From Haliotis rubra (lineage: Eukaryota): 64,000 nt of DNA. A model generated the notes under the pieces. It did no database searches. It had not been told where the DNA came from and worked only from the letters and a program-made list of their open reading frames with translations. This document shows positions 38,801-49,352 of the stretch, piece by piece. Both the position numbers and the translations under genes were made by a program. Numbering within the stretch: the stretch's first letter is position 1; each line of letters starts with the position of its first letter. The DNA is taken from the NCBI RefSeq assembly GCF_003918875.1, contig NW_025767045.1, positions 496,001 through 560,000 on the forward strand, written 5' to 3'.

Positions 38801-40788
38801 GGTGAATAGACGTGAATGTGGCTTTCTTTACCTGATGATTCAATTTGTGTTACTCTTCTAGTCTTAAAGGGGCACTGATTCAGAGCGATTAATGTTTCTT
38901 GCCAACAGTCTAATTACGAAATGTATCTGCCAACTCGTCATTACCTGCTCCCTCGACCGTGATGGACACGGGGACTGGGCTCCTGTTCAACTTTGGCAGA
39001 ATTTCTTCAACCTAAACAGTGGGACATAAGGAAGGGTGGATGCCAATCAGATGTCGTGGTTCTTGTCTGATTATAATAAAGTATTCCAGCAGTGAAGGCT
39101 TTTCGGATTTTCTAATGCCTGGATGGTATAGTGACCGATCCAATTTGATCCTATTTCTTTATTTTTACCTCGATATTTAATCATGTCCTATCAAAATATG
39201 TCTATTACCTACGATATTAAAAACACACATTTGATTATTTTAATCCGAAAACTAAACAACCCCAAAAATATGAAAATTTTACTTATGGAAATAGATATAC
39301 TGGTATACAGTTTTTAACTTAAGCACACAGTAAATGCTTATATGTATTTCTTATGCAACAATGAAGTTCCGTTCGTATCATCAAAACAGTGTCGGCCCAT
39401 AAGTTTTTTCAGGCAATTAAAATTGCAAGCAACACAGCAATTCCTACTCCATTGCTGTAACCCGTGTTTGGTGGTATAAACCTACACATGTTATTTGTCA
39501 TCATTCACTTGAAGGTCAGTTAATGAATTCATAACAGGTATAATAAGTGGTAACACCGCTCAGATTACCCGACAACGGTTCTCATTTGGCATTACTCGTG
39601 TCTGGAGTAAATACTCAACATTATAAAGTAAGGTCTGATGTGGCAAATGTATTACATCTTATGTAATATGCACATGGAAGTGAAGCAGCATGAATTATCA
39701 GCCGAGTTAAAAAAAGAAACATTGATCAAAGGATTTACCGATAACACGCTGATTGATTAATTACTTTTATCTTGCATGGCGCATTTGTCTAAAGGTAATG
39801 TTTATGTATGTAGATTCACTAATCTATACTGAATACACCCTGTCGTAAAGTGAATGTGTAAAAACAATGTCCTTCTTTCAAAGGATTAACTGCCAATACG
39901 TTGATTGATTGCTCATTATTGGCTAACTAAATTACTTTTTTCGTGGGTGACCAGACTCTACACCAATGTGAAACAGAAATGACTGTGATTTTGTTTTCTT
40001 TAATGGGGAAGAAATTCTTCTACTTGGTCTCACATTAGGCAAGGGAGTTTGTTCAAAATTGCCTCTGTTTGCCAAGCAGAAAATGGGTACCCGGTGGGAT
40101 AAGTCATATGACTACTAACCTTCTAGCACCTCACAGGCAGCTTGGGTTATCCAGGTAATAATGTCCATTATGCGCTTTGAGCATGTCCCTGCAGTGTTGA
40201 GTTCAGCGCTACCAGCGGCCTTGTTATTATCAAATACTGAGTTCAGTGTAACTTATTTTGGGACGCTTGTCAGAGTGGTATGCAAAGTATGTGAACTAGA
40301 CTACCAGTTGTCACTCTTCCATTTTGTGGAACCCGCAGTGGTGGAGTGGGTTAGGTTGCTGGTGATTTGGTACCTGACTCGGAGGGTGTGGGTTCAAATT
40401 TCTGATAGGATTCAAAGTGGATTCAATTAAAGATTTTTTACAGTTTACGAAGTGACAAATTCATATGTACTCACAAAAGCCTTTTCAAGTTCATTTTAAG
40501 CCTTAGCAAATTCAAGCAAACCTGCCTAATTTAAGTCTATGTTATGTTACTGATGGAAAATATAGATGGAACAATTTTTGGGAAACATGTTTCACAAAAG
40601 ACCTCAGTTTACCTCCCTTAATATAAGAGCAGTATAAAAACATTTTAAATCATTATTGTATTTAACTCACGTTTTACTTTTCCCAGAATGGAATAAGCAG
40701 CATCCCAGATTCCTGGAAATCAAGGACCAAGAAATATGAAGAAATTGCGAGTCTTGCCAAGGAACTGGTTACCATCCTGCCTTCATAA
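29856..40788 (+). CDS. SELENOJ: Selenoprotein J (ADP-ribosylglycohydrolase / J1-crystallin family), 8 coding exons, ~339 aa, Sec encoded by TGA 36868-36870 (about codon 259)
   Basis: join(29856-29919,31211-31387,34541-34633,35167-35259,35707-35863,36678-36871,38662-38801,40687-40788); an alternative in-frame exon-4 acceptor exists at 35176. All introns GT-AG; 1020 nt with a single in-frame TGA one base before a strong donor (TGAC|GTAAGC). Homology continues after it (U-HLPGAFQSALHGVL...GGCNASRGGFIGACFAAQ...IPDSWKSRT). The paralogue has TGT at the same position, and a SECIS candidate lies in the 3' UTR. Confidence 0.92.
30938..31107 (-). mobile_element. tRNA-derived SINE (family A), intronic
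   Basis: Full-length reverse copy flanked by a direct repeat TCGATGCTCATGA (probable TSD) inside an older family B remnant. Confidence 0.88.
31726..32110. mobile_element. Tc1/mariner(pogo)-type MITE
   Basis: TA-CAGTGGAAACC...GGTTTATACTG-TA termini with repeated TAAGTAAA/TAACTAAA subterminal motifs. Confidence 0.6.
34971..35128 (+). mobile_element. tRNA-derived SINE (family A), intronic
   Basis: Consensus match; ends ~40 nt upstream of the exon-4 acceptor. Confidence 0.85.
36886..38484. repeat. Intronic satellite, 60-bp unit, directly after the Sec-codon exon
   Basis: CCACTGGTTCTACATTACATGGGAATGTTACCTCTGGTTCGAGATTATCAGGTT(A/G)AAT.. repeated ~26 times; fills most of intron 6. Confidence 0.97.
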
Positions 40789-41069
40789 TCAGCCAGAACA
40801 TTGCAGTTTTTATTCAGTAGATCACGTTTTTTAAATCAGATCTTGTTGTCTCTACACAAAAGCTGTGTGTAGCAGGGACAGGAGGTTCTGATCTTAGGAG
40901 ATTGTCAAAAATGGAGCAGCAAAACAAATATATTATCTTCCTTTGCTTTTCTTGTGGTTGTGGGGAGTGCTTTGGGAGGAACAATAGGTAGGAAAGTATG
41001 TCTACATTGTACCGAATATTATCCCAGTGACGAATGTGACTTGAGAGTGTGTATTGTCACCCTGCCTCA

Positions 41070-41131
41070 GTCTGTGTATGAAGGATCAGCTGTACTTCCA
41101 GAGGAACGGCTGGCCCTGATGTCGGTCAGAT
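41070..41131 (+). promoter_or_regulatory. SECIS element candidate (form 2) in the SELENOJ 3' UTR
   Basis: ATGAA at 41078-41082 and TGAT at 41117-41120 form the tandem GA core. Helix II GGATCAGCTGT/ACGGCTGGCCC pairs at 10 of 11 positions. Unpaired ACT precedes a mini-stem TCC/GGA. Helix I is GTCTG/CAGAT. Lies ~290 nt after the stop and upstream of AATAAA (41365, 41381). Confidence 0.8.
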
Positions 41132-41364
41132 GTGGTGCTTGGTTACAACTGACACCCTCGGTCACACCTAATATTTCTAATCATGACACATTTCTATTTA
41201 TTTTGTTATATTTTTATTTAGTAAACTATTAATTTGTTGTCATCTCTTGTGGCTGTAATAGTGCCAGAGTGGTGCAATATTTTACTCACTGTTTTAACCA
41301 ATGTATGGACTGATAGACTCTGTTGGTATACTCAAGTACATGTTTTAATGAAATCATGGACGTG

Positions 41365-41386
41365 AATAAACGTATGATATAATAAA
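41365..41386 (+). promoter_or_regulatory. Candidate polyadenylation signals for SELENOJ
   Basis: Two AATAAA hexamers downstream of the SECIS candidate. Confidence 0.45.
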
Positions 41387-42249
41387 TATGTATAAAACTA
41401 CAGTTTTATAGAACATAGAGAAAGGCAAATTCCATGTACTTGCTGGTCTACATGAGATTTTAATAAAGGATTTTGTGCGTGCTTTTTGTGAATTTAATGA
41501 CAGATATTGACAATGATAATAAAACCAATGTAGTGATTGTTAAAATGAAATGTTTTTAAATATTTTACAATGAACAGTATTTTTAAATCAAAGCACAAAG
41601 GGAGGTAAATCTTGTGTGTTTGATTGTCTTGTGAGCATTGCATACCTCCCTACCCTGTGTGACTCCATCGTTGGTAATAAAACAAGAAGTGAATAGAAGT
41701 TGTTTAGCATTTTCATTTGAATAAGGAATATTTCTCACTATATATACCGTAAAAATTGATGATAGAGGAAAGGTTAAGGTGAGGCACATTTTCTCCTACT
41801 TTGGTGAAATAAATGAGTGAGTTGAGTTTTATGCCCACTCAGCAATATTCCAGTGGTGAAATAAATGAGTGCAGAAAAAGAAGAAACATAATAAAGATTA
41901 AAAAGGCATTTGAACCGAAGATTTTAGGTTTCTTTACAGTGGTTTGCAGTGTTTGAAGTTGATATTAAACTCCATGGTTTCACTAGAAACATCCCTTTAC
42001 GCCATGTATTGACTTGACAGTGATTGAGGTAACAATATTTAACAGTTAATTATTACCCTAATTTGATGTTTCAGACAAGGAATTAATTTACAGAGATTAT
42101 TAGTCATGCGTGTTTCAGTATTGATTCTGAGGCAGGGTTGGGCAGTAGGGTAGCCTAGTGGTTAAAGTGTTCGCTTGTTGAAGACCCAGGTTCAATTCCC
42201 CACATGGGTACAATGTGTGAAACTGGCTCAAATGTTCCAGTTTGCAGCA

Positions 42250-44430
42250 TGTATGTGTGTACCAGATACACTAGTGGTCGATAAGCATGAGGTATATTCA
42301 CCATAAATCACTTAGCAGAGTTACCTATGATTGTAAGTTGGAACCCTAAGTCCTGTGTCACTTGGTGTCTTTATCCTACATCAAACTGGCCATGGTGTTT
42401 GTCACAGCTTACTGTATGTGTGTACCAGATCTAGATACACTAGTGGTCGATAGCATGAGGTATATTCACCATAAATCACTTAGCAGAGTTACCTATGATT
42501 GTAAGTTGGAACCCTAAGTCCTGTGTCACTTGGTGTCTTTATCCTACATCAAACTGGCCATGGTGTTTGTCACAGCTTACTGTATGTGTGTACCAGATCT
42601 AGATACACTAGTGGTCGATAGCATGAGGTATATTCACCATAAATCACTTAGCAGAGTTACCTATGATTGTAAGTTGGAACCCTAAGTCCTGTGTCACTTC
42701 GTGTCTTTATCCTACAACAAACTGGCCATGGTGTTTGTCACAGCTTACTGTATATGTGTACCAGATACACTAGTGGTCGATAGCATGAGGTATATTCACC
42801 ATAAATCACTTAGCAGAGTTACCTATGATTGTAAGTTGGAACCCTAAGTCCTGTGTCACTTGGTGTCTTTATCCTACAACAAACTGGCCATGGTGTTTGT
42901 CACAGCTTACTGTATGTGTGTACCAGATACACTAGTGGTCGATAGCATGAGGTATATTCACCATAAATCACTTAGCAGAGTTACCTATGATTGTAAGTTG
43001 GAACCCTAAGTCCTGTGTCACTTGGTGTCTTTATCCTACATCAAACTGGCCATGGTGTTTGTCACATCTTACTGTATGTGTGTACCAGATCTAGATACAC
43101 TAGTGGTCGATAGCATGAGGTACATTCACCATAAATCACTTAGCAGAGTTACCTATGATTGTATGTTGGAACCCTAAGTCCTGTGTCACTTCGTGTCTTT
43201 ATCCTACAACAAACTGGCCATGGTGTTTGTCACAGCTTACTGTATATGTGTACCAGATACACTAGTGGTCGATAGCATGAGGTATATTCACCATAAATCA
43301 CTTAGCAGAGTTACCTATGATTGTATGTTGGAACCCTAAGTCCTGTGTCACTTGGTGTCTTTATCCTACAACAAACTGGCCATGGTGTTTGTCACAGCTT
43401 ACTGTATGTGTGTACCAGATCTAGATACACTAGTGGTCGATAGCATGAGGTATATTCACCATAAATCACTTAGCAAGTTACCTATGATTGTAAGTTGGAA
43501 CCCTAAGTCCTGTGTCACTTGGTGTCTTTATCCTACATCAAACTGGCCATGGTGTTTGTCACAGCTTACTGTATGTGTGTACCAGATCTAGATACACTAG
43601 TGGTCGATAGCATGAGGTATATTCACCATAAATCACTTAGCAGAGTTACCTATGATTGTAAGTTGGAACCCTAAGTCCTGTGTCACTTGGTGTCTTTATC
43701 CTACATCAAACTGGCCATGGTGTTTGTCACATCTTACTGTATGTGTGTACCAGATAGATACACTAGTGGTCGATAGCATGAGGTATATTCACCATAAATC
43801 ACTTAGCAGAGTTACCTATGATTGTAAGTTGGAACCCTAAGTCCTGTGTCACTTGGTGTCTTTATCCTACATCAAACTGGCCATGGTGTTTGTCACAGCT
43901 TACTGTATGTGTGTACCAGATACACTAGTGGTCGATAGCATGAGGTATATTCACCATAAATCACTTAGCAGAGTTACCTATGATTGTAAGTTGGAACCCT
44001 AAGTCCTGTGTCACTTGGTGTCTTTATCCTACATCAAACTGGCCATGGTGTTTGTCACAGCTTACTGTATGTGTGTACCAGATACACTAGTGGTCGATAG
44101 CATGAGGTATATTCACCATTAATCACTTAGCAGAGTTACCTATGATTGTAAGTTGGAACCCTAAGTCCTGTGTCACTTGGTGTCTTTATCCTACATCAAA
44201 CTGGCCATGGTGTTTGTCACATCTTACTGTATGTGTGTACCAGATACACTAGTGGTCGATAGCATGAGGTATATTCACCATGATTCACTGAGCAGAGTTA
44301 CCTATGATTGTGGGTTTGATCCCCACGACCTGCTTCAATTCATGTATTCTTCCTACATCAAACTGGCCATGGTGTTTGTCACATCTTACTGCATGTGTGT
44401 ACCAGATACACTAGTGGTCGATAGCATGAG
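42250..44430. repeat. Satellite, 162/168-bp unit, ~13 copies
   Basis: AGATACACTAGTGGTCGATAGCATGAGG recurs at 42433, 42601, 42763, 42925 and onward; variants differ by a 6-nt TCTAGA-type insertion. Confidence 0.96.
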
Positions 44431-44577
44431 CAATCATATAAGCTGCCAAGAGTGTAATGATGTACATCTAGCTGGATCATACTGAAACCACTGAACCAGT
44501 CTGCCACATGGCCGATCCACAAAACAAAATCAGGGCCCTGTTTCACAAAGCTATCGTAGTGCTACGACTGTCGTAAG

Positions 44578-44989
44578 CAGTGTGCGAAATAGCCACTGGC
44601 CCATGAGTCTGTGGCTAGTACAAATCCAGTTGGGCCAGGAAATCTCCACTGTCACTGGCCCAACAGGCTAGTGAATTTTCAGGGGGCCATTTTGTAAATA
44701 TGTCACTCTCTCTGACCTGTTATGTTAAAGTACACTTTAAAATCATGCATGATTATGGTCTGATATTAATGGTCATCATATTAGCAGCTTCATGATGACT
44801 TATTTGAGCATAAACAAAATATTTCAGACATATGTTTTCTTATTTGTTTTGGATGGTAGTTTCTCCTTTTTGTTATCTTTTGCTTAGTTTCTACGTTCAA
44901 ATATGTTGTGAATTATTTTGTGGGCTAGTAACTTTCAGGCATAGCTAGCCCGACTGGCTAGCAAAATTTGGATACTATTTCCCACACTG
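44578..44989. mobile_element. MITE with CAGTGTGCGAAATAG termini, nested in a GGGCCC-type MITE
   Basis: CAGTGTGCGAAATAG...CTATTTCCCACACTG. An inverted second copy lies at ~49363-49709. Confidence 0.75.
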
Positions 44990-45382
44990 TTGTAAGCCTG
45001 TATTACAATATAAGAGATATGACTGTCATAGCACTATGATAACTTTGTGAAACAGGACCCAGAACCATGACTAAAGTCAGTCTACTAAAAGCATGGTCAA
45101 GATCATTGTGTGACATAGGGTCCTATATACCAAAATTCTGAATCCCCTAAAGAGGGGTGAACATTATACTTGATGCGCACATTAGTCAAGAAAATATGGT
45201 AACAGTGAATCAAAATCATAGAACAAAAAAACATACCAGAATGAATACATATATAAATGATTTAATAACAAAATGACAGTCAAAAGAACTGCCACTTCAT
45301 GACATAGTAACAAACTTTTTTGACTCAGCAAGTTGATGGAAGTGTGAGAGTGATGAGATTAACAACATATAACGAAATGACA

Positions 45383-46531
45383 TCAGCTGCTCACAGACAA
45401 ACCATCCAGAGGGCAGTTCATGGAGGAGTTCTTCAACCACATGTCTATACAACTGTCATGAAACACATGATCACACGGTAAAAACTTCCTTGTCTGTCCC
45501 ACTTCATACGGATCCATACACACAGCACACATCTCACCAGCACTTTCCGCATCAACAATGTCAGTTTTGAAAGACCCAAGGATATCTTCTGCTACAGTCT
45601 TTGGTGCCACCGACTCGTCTAATCGCAGAAGAGTTTCATAATCTTCTGGTGACAGGTCACGATGCTGTAGAGAAATGAGCAGTGATATCAAGTCTGTTGG
45701 CAGATCATCAGGCACAGCACCATTATGCAAAGCATGGTTTAGATTCTGCACTGGTGCAGGTCTGCTCCTGTCATTATTAGTATCGGTATATTGTTGAGGA
45801 TTATCACGCAGACTCTTCCTTGGAGGCATTGGGTAATGGAGCTGTACTCTATAGGGATCCAGTTCCATTCTTTTAATCACTCTGTGATGAACATACAGTT
45901 TCTTTCTTCCTTCATTATTTAAAACATTTTTACAGTGCTTGTCCTTAATCTGTTTGTGGGCTTTTCTTATTTTTCTGTCTCTATCTTCACGCAAATATTT
46001 ATTTTCTAACTTCTTTCCTTCATACTTTTGCAAATGTTCAAATGGCGTGATTTTCTCTTCCATAGTCAAATACTCTTGATCAATTTCTTCGAGCAGTCTG
46101 TGCACTTCTTCATCATTGATATGGGAAGTTTTTGTTGGCCTGGGAAGAAGAGACATGTTGAATCCGAAGTCAGACAATTCCATTTTACTCCATTTCTTTT
46201 TCTTCTTTTCCTTTTTCTTGTCCTTTGAATTTTCATTTTCACCGACAACGCATTTCTCCAACTCCATAACTTTTTCGCGATTTTCCTCTACTCTAAGCCT
46301 TCTGTTTGCTTTCTTCTCTTGGATTGACAGTCTCCTGACAGGAGTTTCTGGCTGTGGACAAAATACGTCCTCAAACTTGATTTCATCAACGGGTGAAGAA
46401 TTCTCGGATCGATCAGACGAACTTTCCGAAGGCATTGACATGGATCTTCCAAAATGTCGGAACAACACATTTCTGTCGAACCCGTTTGAAGTTATAGGCC
46501 AATCTACACTGCCTTCCGCGAATGACAGCAT
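45383..46531 (-). CDS. Single-ORF RING-H2 finger E3 ubiquitin ligase-like protein (382 aa)
   Basis: Uninterrupted, non-repetitive ORF with C-terminal CAVC-x14-CDHVFHDSC-x11-CPLD RING-H2 (Asp as last ligand). It is preceded by LQHRDLSPEDYETLLRLDE, a pre-RING motif seen in several RING-H2 ligase families, and has a Lys-rich NLS-like stretch. Confidence 0.9.
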   Translation of the reverse strand: MLSFAEGSVDWPITSNGFDRNVLFRHFGRSMSMPSESSSDRSENSSPVDEIKFEDVFCPQPETPVRRLSIQEKKANRRLRVEENREKVMELEKCVVGENENSKDKKKEKKKKKWSKMELSDFGFNMSLLPRPTKTSHINDEEVHRLLEEIDQEYLTMEEKITPFEHLQKYEGKKLENKYLREDRDRKIRKAHKQIKDKHCKNVLNNEGRKKLYVHHRVIKRMELDPYRVQLHYPMPPRKSLRDNPQQYTDTNNDRSRPAPVQNLNHALHNGAVPDDLPTDLISLLISLQHRDLSPEDYETLLRLDESVAPKTVAEDILGSFKTDIVDAESAGEMCAVCMDPYEVGQTRKFLPCDHVFHDSCIDMWLKNSSMNCPLDGLSVSS

Positions 46532-47514
46532 TTTAAACTGAAATGTTCGGCACCTTTGACAAGCTGTTGTACTTGCGGAATGTATGTTCGGACCTTGGCG
46601 TCCGCCAAGAGGCGTTAAAATGACCAGAAATCTAAAATGTTCGTTCGCTTATATACAGAGCTTGCACAACACCGCAGCAACTTGTTTAGGTTCTATTAAT
46701 AGACACTGTCAACAACGTCATGTGCTTATTTTAGGAACTGACAGGCGTCCGCTACTTAGTGATTGGTTGGATATTTTTAGATAAACTTTTGTACATTATA
46801 TTTATGTAACAACTATCTACAAATGAAGGTAAGTGTAATTATTCAATCCGTCTAACATATGGTGGGATATAATAAATAATTTTATTATAAAACGAAATAC
46901 AAAGTGTATATTTTTTAAATATAATTTTCAAGATAGCAACTTTGTTTTGTTTATAAATGACAAACATAAATGTGAATATAGACAAGAAGTTGTTTAGCTA
47001 ATAGTTTCAAGGGAATTCCATGGTATTGCATGAGCATGCGTGCTTGAACCGGTGCCCGTCGCCAGCTTGATTTAAAGATTGGACCATATTTAGAATCATA
47101 ACGTAATGGACCCATTGAAAGGTTATCGACATCCAAAGGTTCTTTCTGTTGCATTTATTCCACAAAGCCTGAACTAATTCTGATCTGAAATGAATATGAT
47201 ATCAAGTGGAAAAGAAGACTAAATTAAGTGCATTACTCTAAGTCCGTTACCACATGGTGTATTTTGACGGAGGCCTAGATACTCTTCGGAATCATATTTT
47301 TATTTGAATATGCATACATGTACATGTATTTTCTATTCTTTAAGCTGTTTATGTTCAACAAAGTGGCTACAGTTGATGTTGTTTTTGGTAGAATGTGATG
47401 CATATCAATTATCAAAAACTTAAGATTACATTCATATTATTTTGACTGAATTTTTCTACAGATAGATAAAAACTTTTCGATGCCATTCCTATGATATGAT
47501 ATGATATGAATGTT

Positions 47515-47745
47515 AGTTCTGTTAGTTCGTTAACGCCGCACTCAGCAATATTCAAACCATGTGATGGTGGTCTGTAAATAATTAAGTCTGAACCAGTCGA
47601 CAATCCAGTGATCAAAAGCATGATTACCCCAATTAGGATACTGTGACATGTGTCAACCAAGTAAGTGAACCTGACCATCTGATCCCGTTAGTTGCCTTTT
47701 ACGACAAGCATGAGATGCTGAAAAACAATTCTTAGCCAGATCGGA
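47515..47745 (-). mobile_element. Interspersed repeat family B, degenerate
   Basis: Reverse-strand match to the family B body. Confidence 0.7.
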
Positions 47746-48834
47746 ACTGCATGATATGCTAGCTGCAACCTCTGGGCTTGCCATTGCCAGTTTTCCCTTA
47801 CTTGAGCAAGAGATCAAGCTTCAAGAGTTTAATCAAAGATCAATATGCATTTTCCTGAATATTCATGAATGCAATTCCTATGATATCACAAAAAAGATAA
47901 TTCAGTTACAATAATGATATTTAACTGTTCACCAGTTCACATGTGGAATGTTTTTTACCTTTTAGTAACCAAAAAACGTTTTTTGCAATGAGTACAATCA
48001 GCATACATTAATAATAATTACTATGATACTGATATAAGCGCACCCTGCTATCCTGATCTCATACTTTACAGTGGAGGATTATGAATAAGTAGAGTTTGAT
48101 AATGTTTGGATATTGTGGTCACCGTGATCATCTATAATTAGAAGCAAAATGGATGACCAGTACCCAATAATCTGATAAGTATAAATTTCCATTTGGACTT
48201 TGGCCCAGGTTTATAAGAATGTTATGTGTGATGTGAGATTAGTGAACATTATCCTATTAACCTACTGTGGCTATTTCCTATATCCCTTACTCTGCAGAAA
48301 TTATAGGGCAGTGAGGTTGCCAAGTGGTTAAAGTGTTTGCTTGTCATGCTACAGGCCTGGTTGCAATGCCCCATATATGTTCAATGTGTGAGATACCTTT
48401 CTTCTGTCCAATGCTGCAAAAATGTTTGAATATTGCTAGAAGTGGAGTAAAACTTGGCTCAGTTGGTCAAGTGAGTGAGTGAGTGAGTTATTATTTAACG
48501 TCACATCGGCAATATTTCAGCCATATCGTGACTGGTCAAGATTTAGAAAGAGCCATGGATGCACTGAGACCCGAAATATTCAGGGTTTGAATTTATCTTC
48601 AGTAACCCAATCTTGTCATAAGAGGTGACTAACGGGATTGGGTGGTCAGGCTCGCTGATTTGGTTGTCATCGTTATCCCCATTCTGGGATAGTGGTGCAT
48701 TATACAACAAACAGCAAACAAACAATACAGTCCTCCCAAGTGTAATATAGATTATTTGATATTAGGTCATCATGTAGAAGAAAGTCTTGTCAAAAGAAAC
48801 TGTTATATAAAGTCTTGAAAATGCTTATTCAGAC

Positions 48835-49045
48835 TGTTGAAACACCACTTTGTCTATATGCACTCGGACACATTATACTGACTCCGAGCCGACCAGTCCT
48901 TGTTGTACCCATTAATGCAGAGCGCCAGGCAGGGACCAACAAGTACCATATTTTAACGTCTTTTGGTATGACGGGGTCGGGGATCGAACCCGCGACCTTC
49001 CACTCTCCGGGCGGACGCTCTAACCACTACACCACGGAGGCGGTC
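48835..49045 (-). mobile_element. tRNA-derived SINE of a third family
   Basis: Minus strand reads GCCTCCGGTGTAGTGGTTAGAGCG...GGTTCGATCCC (A/B boxes) followed by a different body (GGACTGGTCGGCTCGGAGTCAGTATAATGTGTCCGAGTG), also seen as a fragment at ~34272-34345. Confidence 0.75.
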
Positions 49046-49174
49046 TGTCTCAACATGTGGAAAATAGAGTATAAAAGATCTCTGACATCTCTCGTTTCTG
49101 TGCCAACATCTTTGGAGTATGCAAGCCCCACTTTGTTATGTCCCATTCTTTGAAATGTATTATATTATGTCTTT

Positions 49175-49352
49175 GCGGTGGTGTGTCATAGTAGTTAAGG
49201 CGTTCGCTCGTCACACTGAAGACACGGGTTCTATTCCTCAATTGGGTACAATGTGTGAAGCCCATTTCTGGTGTCCCCTGCCGTGAAGTTGCTGGAATAT
49301 TGCTAAAACTTAGTAAACGTGACATAAGACTAAACTCACTTACTCACTCACT
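49175..49352 (+). mobile_element. tRNA-derived SINE (family A)
   Basis: Consensus match with (ACTC)n tail. Confidence 0.82.

Noticed and set aside
41027-41062. Alternative SECIS starting at GTGAC (41027)
   Set aside because: GTGAC/GTCAC can pair, but there is no correctly placed 3' GA to form the core; the 41078 candidate fits far better.
46028-46541. + strand ORFs overlapping the RING gene
   Set aside because: Antisense shadows of the Lys/Glu-rich RING CDS with no recognisable motifs.
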